Shown piece by piece: positions 1 to 9,157 of a DNA stretch of 64,000 nt; position 1 is the stretch's first letter; every line of letters begins with the position of its first letter. Under the pieces are notes generated by a model. The model saw nothing but the letters and a program-made list of their open reading frames with translations, was not told where the DNA came from and did no database searches. Position numbers and translations under genes: made by a program. Source of the stretch: Gorillibacterium sp. sgz500922 (GTDB taxonomy: Bacteria; Bacillota; Bacilli; Paenibacillales; NBRC-103111); the NCBI RefSeq assembly GCF_051594785.1, contig NZ_JBPPGI010000006.1, positions 90,827 to 154,826 on the forward strand, read 5' to 3'.

Positions 1-1317
1 GTCGCCATGGCGGCCGACGGCAGCTCCGTCGTCTGGTCGATCAACGACGCGGGCGTCTTTTACACGAAGTCGAGCGGCAACTCCTGGACGGCCAGCGCCG
101 GACTCCCCGTCGGGGCCAAGGTCGCGTCGGACCGGGTCAACAAGAACAAGTTCTACGCCATCGCTGCCGGGAAATTCTACGTCAGCACGGACGGCGGAGC
201 CACCTTCACGGCAACGGCGGCCTCCGGGCTTCCCAACACGGGCGATCTGAAAGCCATACCGGGCACGGAGGGCGATATCTGGCTCGCCGGCGGCGACAAG
301 GATACCGTCTACGGCCTCTGGCATTCGGTCAATTCGGGGGCCAGCTTCACCCGTCTGGCCAACGTGCAGCAAGCCGATGTCATCGGCTTCGGCAAGCCGG
401 CTCCGGGTCAGACCTACAAGGCCCTCTATACCAGCGCCAAGATCGACGGCGTCCGCGGCATCTTCCGCTCCATCGACGCCGGAGCGAGCTGGGTGCGCAT
501 CAATGATGACCAGCATCAATACGGAATCACCAACTCGGCCATCACCGGCGACCCCAAGGTATTCGGCCGCGTCTATGTCGGTACCAACGGCCACGGCATC
601 GTCTATGGCGATGCGGTAAACGGTAACCCGACGCCTACGCCGACGGCGACACCGACCGCTACGCCAACCGCGACACCGACGGCTACGCCGACAGCCACAC
701 CGACAGCCACGCCAACCGCCACGCCAACGGCTACACCGACGGCCACACCGACCGCGACGCCGACAACCACATCAACGGCTACGCCGACAGCCACGCCAAC
801 CGCGACACCGACGGCTACGCCGACAGCTACGCCAACGGCCACACCGACAGCCACGCCGACGACCGGAGCGATCAAGGTGCAAATGTATAACGGCGGCAAG
901 GATGCTACAACCAACACGCTGAATCCCCGCATCAAGCTGACCAATACCGGAACGAGTGCCCTCCCCCTCTCCAACGTGAAGCTCCGGTATTATTACACGA
1001 TCAACGGCGACAAGGCCCAGAACCTGTTCGTCGACTGGTCGACCGTCGGCGCGGCCAATGTCACCGGAGCCTTCGCCAAGATGAGCTCCGCCAAGGCCAA
1101 TGCCGATACCTATGCGGAGATCGGCTTCACCAGCGCGGCCGGATCGCTGGCTGCCGGGCAAAGCATCGAAATCCAGGTCCGCATCTCCAAGACCGATTGG
1201 AGCAACTATACCCAGACCGACGATTATTCCTTCAATGCGACGGCCAGCTCGTATGTCGACAGCCTGCTGCTTCCGGCTTACGTATCGGGCACCCTGTCCT
1301 GGGGCGCCGAGCCGTAA
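1..1317 (+). CDS. 3' part of a secreted glycoside hydrolase (GH74-like catalytic end, Thr-Pro linker, CBM3 cellulose-binding module); 5' end lies outside the window
   Basis: Repeated BNR/Asp-box motifs ([24 protein letters not shown]) typical of GH74. A (TPTA)n linker. C-terminal CBM3-like sequence (IKVQMYNGG...LRYYYT...). The reading frame is open from nt 1; stop TAA at 1315-1317. Confidence 0.7.
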   Translation, partial: VAMAADGSSVVWSINDAGVFYTKSSGNSWTASAGLPVGAKVASDRVNKNKFYAIAAGKFYVSTDGGATFTATAASGLPNTGDLKAIPGTEGDIWLAGGDKDTVYGLWHSVNSGASFTRLANVQQADVIGFGKPAPGQTYKALYTSAKIDGVRGIFRSIDAGASWVRINDDQHQYGITNSAITGDPKVFGRVYVGTNGHGIVYGDAVNGNPTPTPTATPTATPTATPTATPTATPTATPTATPTATPTATPTATPTTTSTATPTATPTATPTATPTATPTATPTATPTTGAIKVQMYNGGKDATTNTLNPRIKLTNTGTSALPLSNVKLRYYYTINGDKAQNLFVDWSTVGAANVTGAFAKMSSAKANADTYAEIGFTSAAGSLAAGQSIEIQVRISKTDWSNYTQTDDYSFNATASSYVDSLLLPAYVSGTLSWGAEP

Positions 1318-1418
1318 GAACGGTTGAGCACGGTACTGCCTTCGGAACCCGCGACGCATCCGGGTTCGCCCGACCGTAAAGGCTAAGGCTTGTTGCCTGA
1401 AGCCAGCGGCTATTCAAA

Positions 1419-1457
1419 AGAAAAACGGAAGGTCCCGAGCTTTCGGGCCTTCCGTTT
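1419..1457. terminator. Bidirectional rho-independent terminator between convergent genes
   Basis: Palindrome AAAACGGAAGGtCCCGAGCTTTCGGGcCTTCCGTTTT flanked by A/T runs on both strands. Confidence 0.7.
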
Positions 1458-1475
1458 TCGCTGTTCTTCGGCTCC

Positions 1476-4214
1476 TTATTCCGGAGCGTAGACTTCAACC
1501 TCCGCCAGCTGCGCCGCCGGCCAGCCGGTGTTCGCGCTCACCACCAGGCGCACCGCTTGCGCCTTCGCGGCGTCGAGCGGAATGTCCACCCGGTTTTCCC
1601 GCTTCGGATCGAAGGAATATGGCGCTTCCGTCTTGGCCGTGGTGAACGTCTGCCCGTCCTGGCTTACCTGCACCTCGATTGTCTGATTGCGCGTGGCCCA
1701 CGCATCCTGAGGCGGCAGCTTCAACACGAGCTTGCCGATATCCGTCACCCCGCCCAGGTCCAGCGTGAGAGTTTGCGGGAAATTCTTCGCCGTGCTTTCC
1801 CAATAGGTATAAGGATCGCCGTCCAGCACCTTCTCGCCGGGGAAATCGGCCGAAGCCATGCTGGAGACCTGCACCTTCTTGCCGAATGCCAGGTTCGGCA
1901 GCTCCTTCACCTTCTTGTAGGGGAAGTCGGCGACGGATACGGCATTGTCCGAAGCGGTCAGCTCCACATACGCCGCCTTCTTGTCTCCCAGCGTTCGGAT
2001 GAAATCAAACCGGACGGAATCGCCTTGCTCCGTTGCCGGAATATCCGCAAGCTTCTCGCCCGCCATCGTATAAGCCGCCGCCGCTGCATGCTTCCAGTCC
2101 TTCGGCTTCTTCACGGCAAGGGTGGTGTCGGAACCAACCGGCTGATACAGGCGGATGCGGCCGGTCGAGCGGAGCTCGACCACGATATGATCGCCTTTGC
2201 CGAGCTCCACCCCGTTGTAGACGCTGTAGGCGCCGGCGCGAACGCCTCCGTCTTCCCCTAAGATCTCAAACCCGCTTGGAGCGAGCGTAAACCCGCTGCC
2301 CGCCTCAAAGGGCTTATCGGCGTTCCAGTCGGCCAGCACCGTGTAGCTGCCGAAATCCGTTCGGGTGATATCGGCGGCTACGGGCTCGAAGCTCTTCACC
2401 CGGGCGTCGCCGTATTTCGCCAGCACTTCCTTTTGAACAAGGCCGACCAGGTCTACCCAAGGATTGTCGATGCCGTTGAACAGGTCGGCGCTCAGGTGAT
2501 AGCCCATGGCCGCATTCCAGCGGAGCATTTCCTTCTTATCGGTCATCGTCTCGGCCGCCAGATTGTGCTGGAACAGCATCACCTTGTCGCGGGCGAGCAT
2601 GCCGATCATCGGGTAATACTCGGAATACGTTGCGGTCTTCGCCCGGTAGCCGAGCAGGTCCCACAGGTAGTTCGAGCCCATGAAGCCGACGGAGTCGCCG
2701 ACCAGCATATCGAAGCCGTCCTCCGTATACATCGGATGCTTCAGCGATGCGAAATAGCTTCTCACGGCGGCGTAATAGGACGAGGAAGCGTCGGTTCCCG
2801 GAGCCAAGGTCCTGTTGAGGGTATACGGCACGTCGCGGATGCCCCATTGGTCCTCGAAGATTCCGTCCATTCCCGCATCGAGCAGCTTCTTGTGTTCCTC
2901 GGCGATGCGGCCCGTCACATAGGGGTCGGCCATGTTCATCACGTACCCGCTGTGGACGCCGTAATCCTCCTTGACCGGGACGCCGGGAACCTTGTTCACC
3001 GCGATATCCTCGATCGCCGTTCCCGCGGGGAGCCTCGTTAAGGTCGGCGAGTGGATGCCCCACCAGGAGAAATTGGTGTAAGGCACCAGCGCGTCGCCCT
3101 TGGTCTTGGCCGCCCGGACGAACGCCTGGAACTCGGCGTCCGTTCCCCATTTGGCATCGGCCGGCAGAAAATCCGGATAGTTCTCGTCGTGTCCGCCCGT
3201 CTGGAAGCCGACCAGGTGCAGGACGCTCGGGAATGTCAGCTTGTCGACGAAGCCGGACTTGAGCGCCGTCCAGCCCGCGCCGGGGATAGCCGAGACGTCC
3301 ATTTTCAGGAAGGGCATCGCCAGATAGCGGTCTTTGTCCTTGCCCAGCTTGTCGGCGAGCGAGCGGAACCGGTCTATGCCGTTCAGCTCGCGGTAAGACG
3401 CGATCGAATCGGCGTAGTCGCCGCCTACCTCCAGCACGAGCGTCGGGCTGTTCCAGACGCCTCCCGCCGCCGTCGCCAGCTTGTAATTGTGGACGAGGCC
3501 CGTCTTGCCCGGATCGTCCACCATGGTCTTGAAGCCGAGATCGACCGAGGACATCGGGCTCGCTACGAGGTCATACAGGGCGAGCGGACCGCTCTCGGTG
3601 TTCAAGGCCAGGTAGGAGGCGAAGAAGGTGCCGGGATACTGCGCTTCGTACGAATTGTTTTCCCGGAAGAAGGCCGTCTTCAGCTTGGCCCCGGGCAGGA
3701 GCGGCAGGAGGCCGTCCTGAATGGAAGCCGACGGCAGCTTCAGCTCGTACGGGAAGCGGAAGGATTCCAGCGTTCCGCCCGTATGGTTCGTCACCTTGGC
3801 GCTCATGCGGATGCGGTTGTCTTGGCCAAAGCCGACGACCACCTCCACCTGCAGCTTGCCTCCGTATTCGAAGGTCAGCTCGTTCTTCGACCGGTTCCAG
3901 CGATACGCGAAGGAGTCGGCCTTGTTGCCGCCGACGGAGGTGTCGTCGTCGAGTATGCCCCACCAGAGCGCCCCGCTCCGGTTGGCGAGCTCGGTTTTCT
4001 TGCCGGTCTCCTTGTTCAGCACATAAGAGATCGCGCCCTTCTCCTTCTGGAAACCGATTTCATAATGTTCGTTGCCGACGGTGAGCGTATCCCCGACCGC
4101 CTTGTAGGCGACACCCGTATCGTGCCGGAACGCCATCCAGACGATAAGGCCAGCCGCAAGAATCAGCACAAGCGCCGACCCGGCGATGATCCCATTTCGT
4201 TTTCCTATCTTCAT
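1476..4214 (-). CDS. Membrane-anchored extracellular glycoside hydrolase-like protein with a C-terminal F5/8 type C (discoidin/CBM32) domain
   Basis: The 924-aa ORF begins with TTG and has no RBS. The in-frame ATG (MKIGKRNG...) follows GGGAGG and encodes a signal-anchor helix. A C-terminal discoidin-like segment (DGDPYTYWES...). It is the last gene of the sugar-utilisation array. Confidence 0.5.
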   Translation of the reverse strand: MKIGKRNGIIAGSALVLILAAGLIVWMAFRHDTGVAYKAVGDTLTVGNEHYEIGFQKEKGAISYVLNKETGKKTELANRSGALWWGILDDDTSVGGNKADSFAYRWNRSKNELTFEYGGKLQVEVVVGFGQDNRIRMSAKVTNHTGGTLESFRFPYELKLPSASIQDGLLPLLPGAKLKTAFFRENNSYEAQYPGTFFASYLALNTESGPLALYDLVASPMSSVDLGFKTMVDDPGKTGLVHNYKLATAAGGVWNSPTLVLEVGGDYADSIASYRELNGIDRFRSLADKLGKDKDRYLAMPFLKMDVSAIPGAGWTALKSGFVDKLTFPSVLHLVGFQTGGHDENYPDFLPADAKWGTDAEFQAFVRAAKTKGDALVPYTNFSWWGIHSPTLTRLPAGTAIEDIAVNKVPGVPVKEDYGVHSGYVMNMADPYVTGRIAEEHKKLLDAGMDGIFEDQWGIRDVPYTLNRTLAPGTDASSSYYAAVRSYFASLKHPMYTEDGFDMLVGDSVGFMGSNYLWDLLGYRAKTATYSEYYPMIGMLARDKVMLFQHNLAAETMTDKKEMLRWNAAMGYHLSADLFNGIDNPWVDLVGLVQKEVLAKYGDARVKSFEPVAADITRTDFGSYTVLADWNADKPFEAGSGFTLAPSGFEILGEDGGVRAGAYSVYNGVELGKGDHIVVELRSTGRIRLYQPVGSDTTLAVKKPKDWKHAAAAAYTMAGEKLADIPATEQGDSVRFDFIRTLGDKKAAYVELTASDNAVSVADFPYKKVKELPNLAFGKKVQVSSMASADFPGEKVLDGDPYTYWESTAKNFPQTLTLDLGGVTDIGKLVLKLPPQDAWATRNQTIEVQVSQDGQTFTTAKTEAPYSFDPKRENRVDIPLDAAKAQAVRLVVSANTGWPAAQLAEVEVYAPE

Positions 4215-4257
4215 GACCGATGCTGCCTCCCTTGTGAACCCCCGATTCAACTGCCGG

Positions 4258-4293
4258 TTTCTTTGAAAAAGACCGGCCCTGTGTGGGCCGGTC
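4258..4293 (-). terminator. Intra-operon hairpin terminator/attenuator downstream of the solute-binding-protein gene
   Basis: GACCGGCCCacacaGGGCCGGTC followed by a TCTTTTTC run on the minus strand, sitting between the SBP stop and the glycosidase RBS. Confidence 0.55.
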
Positions 4294-4312
4294 CCGTCGG
4301 TGCGTGAGCCGC

Positions 4313-5755
4313 TTAGTTGACCTTGATCGTGTCAAAGAATTTTTCTTGGACCGTCTTGGCGGCGGAGTCCAGCTGGGCCTTCACGTCAACCTTCTCTTTG
4401 GAGAAGATCTCCTGAATGACATTGGTCATTGCGCCGTAGTAGTCCTGGGTGTTGTACTGGGCTTCCGGCTTGCCGTCGAGCAGGCCCAGCACCTTCTGGT
4501 CGTACTGATACACGTTGGTGTATTTGCCGTAGACGTCCTTCACTTTCGCGCCGTAAGCGGAGTCCATGTTGAAGTACTCGATAACGGGCGGGATGTAGTA
4601 TTTGTTGTCCTTTTGCCGGGATTGGATGTTGGCTTCCAGCGAAGCCAGGCCCTTGTCGGAGAAGTAGTCGAAGGTGGCGTAGTTGAAGGCCGCCTGCTGC
4701 TCTTCCTTGGACGCGTTCGGGTTGATGACGAGGAAGTCGCCGCCGAGCACACCGGTGTGCTTGCCGCCCTTTTCCGCTGCGGGCATCGGGTACACGAGCA
4801 CGTCCTCCGGCTTCATGCCGCCTTGGTTCAGCGCCTGGTCGACCGGATCGGATGCGCCGGCGATGACCATCGCCGTCCGGCCCTGAGCGAAGGAACCGAC
4901 CGCATCGCCCCAGCCGAGCGCCCAATCCTTCGGAATGGCGTTCGCTTCCCAGCGCAGCTTGTGGTAGAATTCCAGCGCCTTCTGGCCGGCTTCGGAGTTG
5001 AAGGTGGCGGTGACCTTGCCGTCCGCTATGCTCTGGATGTCGCCGCCCGCTTCGAACAGGAAGTTGGTCCAGTTCCAGCCGGCTTCATTGCCCTTGCCCA
5101 TCGGGGCGATCCCGGAAATGCCCTTCCCCGGATCGGCGACGGCCTTGGCCGTGTTCAGCAGATCGTCCCAGGTCCAGTCGGCGTCAGGCGCGGCAACGCT
5201 CTTTGCGTCGAGCATCTTCTTGTTGACGACCGTGCCGGTTACGTAACCACGTTGAGCGATTCCATAGATTTTTCCGTCGATCTTGAATTGATCCTGGAGG
5301 ATCGGGTTCATCTCATCCTTGTGCTCGTAGCTGTTGAACAGATCGGTGATGTCGGCCGCCCAGCCGCGTTCGGCGAGGAACTTGCCTTCGGTGGCGTAAG
5401 TGTTGAACAGCGTCGGGGCTTCGTTCGCGCCCATCTTGATGCCGATTTCCGCCGGATTATACTGCCAGTCGCTCTTGACGATCGTGACGTTCGGGTATTT
5501 CTCGTTGAAGCGGGCGATCTTGTCGTCCTCCAGCTTCCGCTCGTCGACCTTGTCCGGCGTCGGATAGTAGATGCTGATCGTGACCGGCTTGTCGGAGGCG
5601 GCGGGTGCGGTGCTGGCCGTTGCCGAGGCTTCGCTTGAAGCGCTCGGAGCGGCGCTCGAGCTGGGCGAAGCGGATTCCTTGTCTTTGCCCCCGCAGGCCG
5701 TGAGGGCGGTGGCCGCCGTCATCAGGCACAGAAGCGAGATGGAAAGTTTACGCAT
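4313..5755 (-). CDS. Sugar ABC transporter substrate-binding lipoprotein (family 1 extracellular solute-binding protein)
   Basis: Start MRKLSISLLCLMTAATALTACGG (lipobox) preceded by AAAGGGGAG. The Ser/Ala-rich linker then SBP fold is typical of CUT1 binding proteins. Confidence 0.8.
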   Translation of the reverse strand: MRKLSISLLCLMTAATALTACGGKDKESASPSSSAAPSASSEASATASTAPAASDKPVTISIYYPTPDKVDERKLEDDKIARFNEKYPNVTIVKSDWQYNPAEIGIKMGANEAPTLFNTYATEGKFLAERGWAADITDLFNSYEHKDEMNPILQDQFKIDGKIYGIAQRGYVTGTVVNKKMLDAKSVAAPDADWTWDDLLNTAKAVADPGKGISGIAPMGKGNEAGWNWTNFLFEAGGDIQSIADGKVTATFNSEAGQKALEFYHKLRWEANAIPKDWALGWGDAVGSFAQGRTAMVIAGASDPVDQALNQGGMKPEDVLVYPMPAAEKGGKHTGVLGGDFLVINPNASKEEQQAAFNYATFDYFSDKGLASLEANIQSRQKDNKYYIPPVIEYFNMDSAYGAKVKDVYGKYTNVYQYDQKVLGLLDGKPEAQYNTQDYYGAMTNVIQEIFSKEKVDVKAQLDSAAKTVQEKFFDTIKVN

Positions 5756-5933
5756 GAATACTCCCCTTTTCCTGTAAGTGTTGGTTGGGTAAGGCGCGGC
5801 TCCCGACCGTGGTGATACGCTCATGATAATCGACCGTCTGCGAAAGAACGAGGTGTGATCTTAAGCGGTTTGTGTGTTTGGTTACGCTTGCATTGACATT
5901 TGAGTTAATAACTAGGACAAGCTTCTTCTGCCT

Positions 5934-6806
5934 TCAGCCCTTGACCCCCCCGACATGCAGCCCGCGCATGATGTATTTTTGGAAGAACAGGAAGAACAGG
6001 ACCGGAGGCAGCATGACCATCGACAACAGCGCAAACTTGATGTTCGTGTCGAGCCTGCGGGCATTCAAGACATATTTGTAAATGGCGGTCGACAGCGGAT
6101 AATGCGAGTCGTTGTGCAGCACGAGCGACGGCCAGTACCAATCGTTCCACGCGCCGGCGAAGACGAAAATGGCGATGGTCGAGAAGATCGGAATGGACAG
6201 CGGCACGGCAATCTGCACGAACAGCCGGAACTCGGATGCGCCGTCGATCCGGCCCGATTCGATCAGATCCATGTGGATGCCGTCGAAGAATTCCTTCAGG
6301 ATCAGCAGATTGAACGCGCTCGCTCCCGCCGGCAGCCAGAAGGCCCAGAAGGTATTGAGCAGGTGCAGGTCCTTCAGGTTGATGAAGTTCGGGATGATAT
6401 ACGTCGTCGGCGGAATGAACAGGGCGATCATGAAGAACAGATAGATGTACTTCTGACCGGGCACATTGAGCCGGGAAAGGCTGAAGGCGGCGAGGCCCAG
6501 CACGATCGTCGTGACGATCATGTTGCCGAAGAAGATATACAGCGTATTTCTCAAGAACTTCGGCAGGGCGATATAGACCCACGCTTTATGAAAGTTCTCG
6601 AAATGCCATTCCTTCGGGAAAAAATGCGGCGGGAAGCTGTTGACTTCGGCGTTGCCCTTCACCCCGTTGAACAAAGTGGTCAGGAACGGATAGAGCATGG
6701 AGAAAACCATGATACAGATGAACAGGATCATGACCCCGTACCCGAGCTTCACGCTCCCCCGTTTCAAGTCGTAATCGGAGACGATTCCTCTTTCCAGCGG
6801 CTTCAT
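5934..6806 (-). CDS. Carbohydrate ABC transporter permease (second membrane component)
   Basis: Six-TM permease architecture with an EAA-like loop; overlaps the upstream permease gene by 4 nt. Confidence 0.8.
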   Translation of the reverse strand: MKPLERGIVSDYDLKRGSVKLGYGVMILFICIMVFSMLYPFLTTLFNGVKGNAEVNSFPPHFFPKEWHFENFHKAWVYIALPKFLRNTLYIFFGNMIVTTIVLGLAAFSLSRLNVPGQKYIYLFFMIALFIPPTTYIIPNFINLKDLHLLNTFWAFWLPAGASAFNLLILKEFFDGIHMDLIESGRIDGASEFRLFVQIAVPLSIPIFSTIAIFVFAGAWNDWYWPSLVLHNDSHYPLSTAIYKYVLNARRLDTNIKFALLSMVMLPPVLFFLFFQKYIMRGLHVGGVKG

Positions 6807-7732
6807 CCGTTGTTCGCCCCCTTGTTTTCGATTCGGGCCCGGACGACGGCGAGTGCGCCCAGGACGAGGAACATGAGCACGCCCATGGCAGAAGCGGTTC
6901 CGTAATCCAGACGGGTAAAGGCATACCGGTTGATGAGCAGGGCGTAGGTCAGCGTTGCGTTGTTCGGACCGCCATCGAGCATTGCCATCTGCGATTGGAA
7001 GCCCTGGGAGGTGCCGATCAGCTGCAGCAGCAGCATCAAGATGACCAGGTTCTTGATCGAAGGCAACGTGATGTAACGGATGCGCGCCCAGATCCCGGCG
7101 CCGTCGATCTCGGCGGCTTCATACCAGTCTCTCGGCACGCTCAGCACAGCCGCCAGATAAATCAGCATGGCTGAGCCGAACTGCTGCCAGGTCTCCATGA
7201 TAACCAGCGAAATCATCGACCAGCGTTTGTCGGTCATGAAGGCGATCTGATCGATGCCAAGCTTGCCGAGCGCCCAGTTGAACGGACCTACGGGATCGTA
7301 CAGCCAGCGCCAGAGGCCGTACAGCACGACGACCGGAACGACGTTCGGCAGATAGGCGGATACCCGGACGAAGCCCTGCAGCCGGCGCAGCTCGGAGATG
7401 GCAATGGAGAAGAAGATCGGCACCCAGAAGCCGATGAGGAGACATAGCCCCATGTAATACAAGGTATTCTTCACGGAAATCCCCACGTCGCTGTCGTGGA
7501 AGATTCGCTTGTAGTTGTCTAATCCCAGGTAGGTGTTGCCTTTGACGAAATCGATGTGATAGAAGCTGTAGACGAAGCCCTTGACGATGGGCGTCCACAA
7601 AAAAACGATGAAAATCGCGAGTGCGGGCACAAGGAACATATAGGCCCAGAAATGCTTGCGGATCTTTCGGGCAAAGGCGCCCCTTCGGATTGCCGCCAGG
7701 CCCGTCTCTGCCGACACAGCTGGTTGATTCAT
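6803..7732 (-). CDS. Carbohydrate ABC transporter permease (first membrane component)
   Basis: Polytopic membrane protein with a binding-protein-dependent transport signature; RBS AGAGAGGGGA. Confidence 0.8.
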   Translation of the reverse strand: MNQPAVSAETGLAAIRRGAFARKIRKHFWAYMFLVPALAIFIVFLWTPIVKGFVYSFYHIDFVKGNTYLGLDNYKRIFHDSDVGISVKNTLYYMGLCLLIGFWVPIFFSIAISELRRLQGFVRVSAYLPNVVPVVVLYGLWRWLYDPVGPFNWALGKLGIDQIAFMTDKRWSMISLVIMETWQQFGSAMLIYLAAVLSVPRDWYEAAEIDGAGIWARIRYITLPSIKNLVILMLLLQLIGTSQGFQSQMAMLDGGPNNATLTYALLINRYAFTRLDYGTASAMGVLMFLVLGALAVVRARIENKGANNG

Positions 7733-7825
7733 CCGGTTCCCCTCTCTTCTTGTCTGTTGTGTCTTTATTGTAAGAAAGGGAGGGAAGCCTGAACATGTCT
7801 GCTTCTATGGAGATGGTAGGCATTA

Positions 7826-9157
7826 TTACTTCTTGCATTCGCTCGGGCTGTAGCCGAAATACTTCTTGAAAATCTTGCTGAAATGCTCCGGCGATTCGTA
7901 GCCGACCTTCTCGGCGATCTCATAGCGGCGCATGTCGCTGGCGAGCAGCAGGCGGCGGCTCTCCTCCATGCGCAGCTTGATGACGTATTCCCAGAGGTTA
8001 AAGCCGGTGTTCTTCTTGAACAGGTAGCTCAGGTAATTGGGACTGACGTGGCATTTCTGCGCCACCTGATGAAGGGTGAGACCTTTGTCGGAATAATGCT
8101 CGCTCATGTAGGCGAGCGCCTGCTCGACGATCAGATTGTTCTGGGCGCTCATCTCTTCCTCGGACGGCTCCTCCTGACCGTAGGTCGTCCAATGAAAATC
8201 CCCATAGTAAAAGACGGCGTGCTCCTCGTTGCGCCCGTTCCAGCGGATCGCCTTCTTCGCCTGCTCGTTCAGCTCGGAGAGGAAGCCGAGGCCCTTGAGC
8301 AATTGGCTCACGCCGATCACCGCGGGCACCCCCAGGTACTTGTCGATGTTAAAGTGCAGGCTGCGGCCGATCATGTCGAGGTGGTTGATCTTGTCGTTGC
8401 CCATGAGGGCGTAGCCTTCCTCGCTCCATTGCAGCAGGATGACGATCTCTCCGGCCGTGAGCGAGAACAGGTACGGATGCCAGTCCGCTTCCAGGAGCTC
8501 GCTCGCGATGTTCAGCGCAGCGTAGGTCATGAGGGTTTTGTCCCGGTCCGTCCAATGCTTTTCCCGGCCGGGGGTATCCAGATCGAGCCGAATGCGCAGC
8601 ACGGAGTAATACGGTCCGGCCAGCCGGACGCCGTGGCTCTCCTCCAGCCGGGCTACCGCCTGATCGGGCTTCACCTCGCCCTCCAGGAGGGCAGACAACA
8701 GCCGGCTCCGCTCGGGAACGGGCTCGGCCATCCGGAAGTTCTCGCGCATGCCCGAGAGGACCTCTTCGCCGGAGGCCATCGGCCGCTCAAGCCGCAAGAG
8801 CACGCTGCGGACGGAATCGAGGAACTGCTCGCTGTTGATCGGCTTGATCAGGTAATCGCGGGCGCCCAGGCGGATGGCCATCTGGGCGTATTGAAACGTC
8901 TCGTGGGCGGAGATGACGATGGTCTGCACCCAGGGCTTGATCATCTTCGCCTGATGCATGAGGTCAATGCCGCTCATCGAGCCCATCTGGATGTCCGTCA
9001 CGAGCAGGTCGATCTCTTCCATCCGCAGATAATCCAGCGCCTCGTAGCCGTTCTGGGCGGTCAGAATCTGGCGGATGGGCAGGCCGGCGGAAGCCAGCAG
9101 ATTGCTGAGCCCTTTGCAAATATACGGTTCGTCGTCAACCAGCAAAATGCTGAACAT
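7826..9157 (-). CDS. Two-component response regulator, receiver plus AraC-type HTH (YesN-like)
   Basis: The start at MFSILLVDDEPYI follows AAAGGGGA. A REC domain and a C-terminal AraC HTH (...YLSYLFKKNTGFNLWEYV...). The track ORF's N-terminal 37 codons overlap the kinase gene and lack an RBS. Confidence 0.8.
   Translation of the reverse strand: MFSILLVDDEPYICKGLSNLLASAGLPIRQILTAQNGYEALDYLRMEEIDLLVTDIQMGSMSGIDLMHQAKMIKPWVQTIVISAHETFQYAQMAIRLGARDYLIKPINSEQFLDSVRSVLLRLERPMASGEEVLSGMRENFRMAEPVPERSRLLSALLEGEVKPDQAVARLEESHGVRLAGPYYSVLRIRLDLDTPGREKHWTDRDKTLMTYAALNIASELLEADWHPYLFSLTAGEIVILLQWSEEGYALMGNDKINHLDMIGRSLHFNIDKYLGVPAVIGVSQLLKGLGFLSELNEQAKKAIRWNGRNEEHAVFYYGDFHWTTYGQEEPSEEEMSAQNNLIVEQALAYMSEHYSDKGLTLHQVAQKCHVSPNYLSYLFKKNTGFNLWEYVIKLRMEESRRLLLASDMRRYEIAEKVGYESPEHFSKIFKKYFGYSPSECKK

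Noticed and set aside
603-974. Minus-strand ORF encoding (VAVG)n, and the 12-nt periodic repeat at 640-870 that could be mistaken for a tandem-repeat or CRISPR-like array
   Set aside because: The periodicity is the codon repeat of the (Thr-Pro-Thr-Ala)n linker of the GH74-CBM3 protein on the plus strand. The repeats are short and contiguous with no spacers, and the antisense ORF is a mirror artefact.
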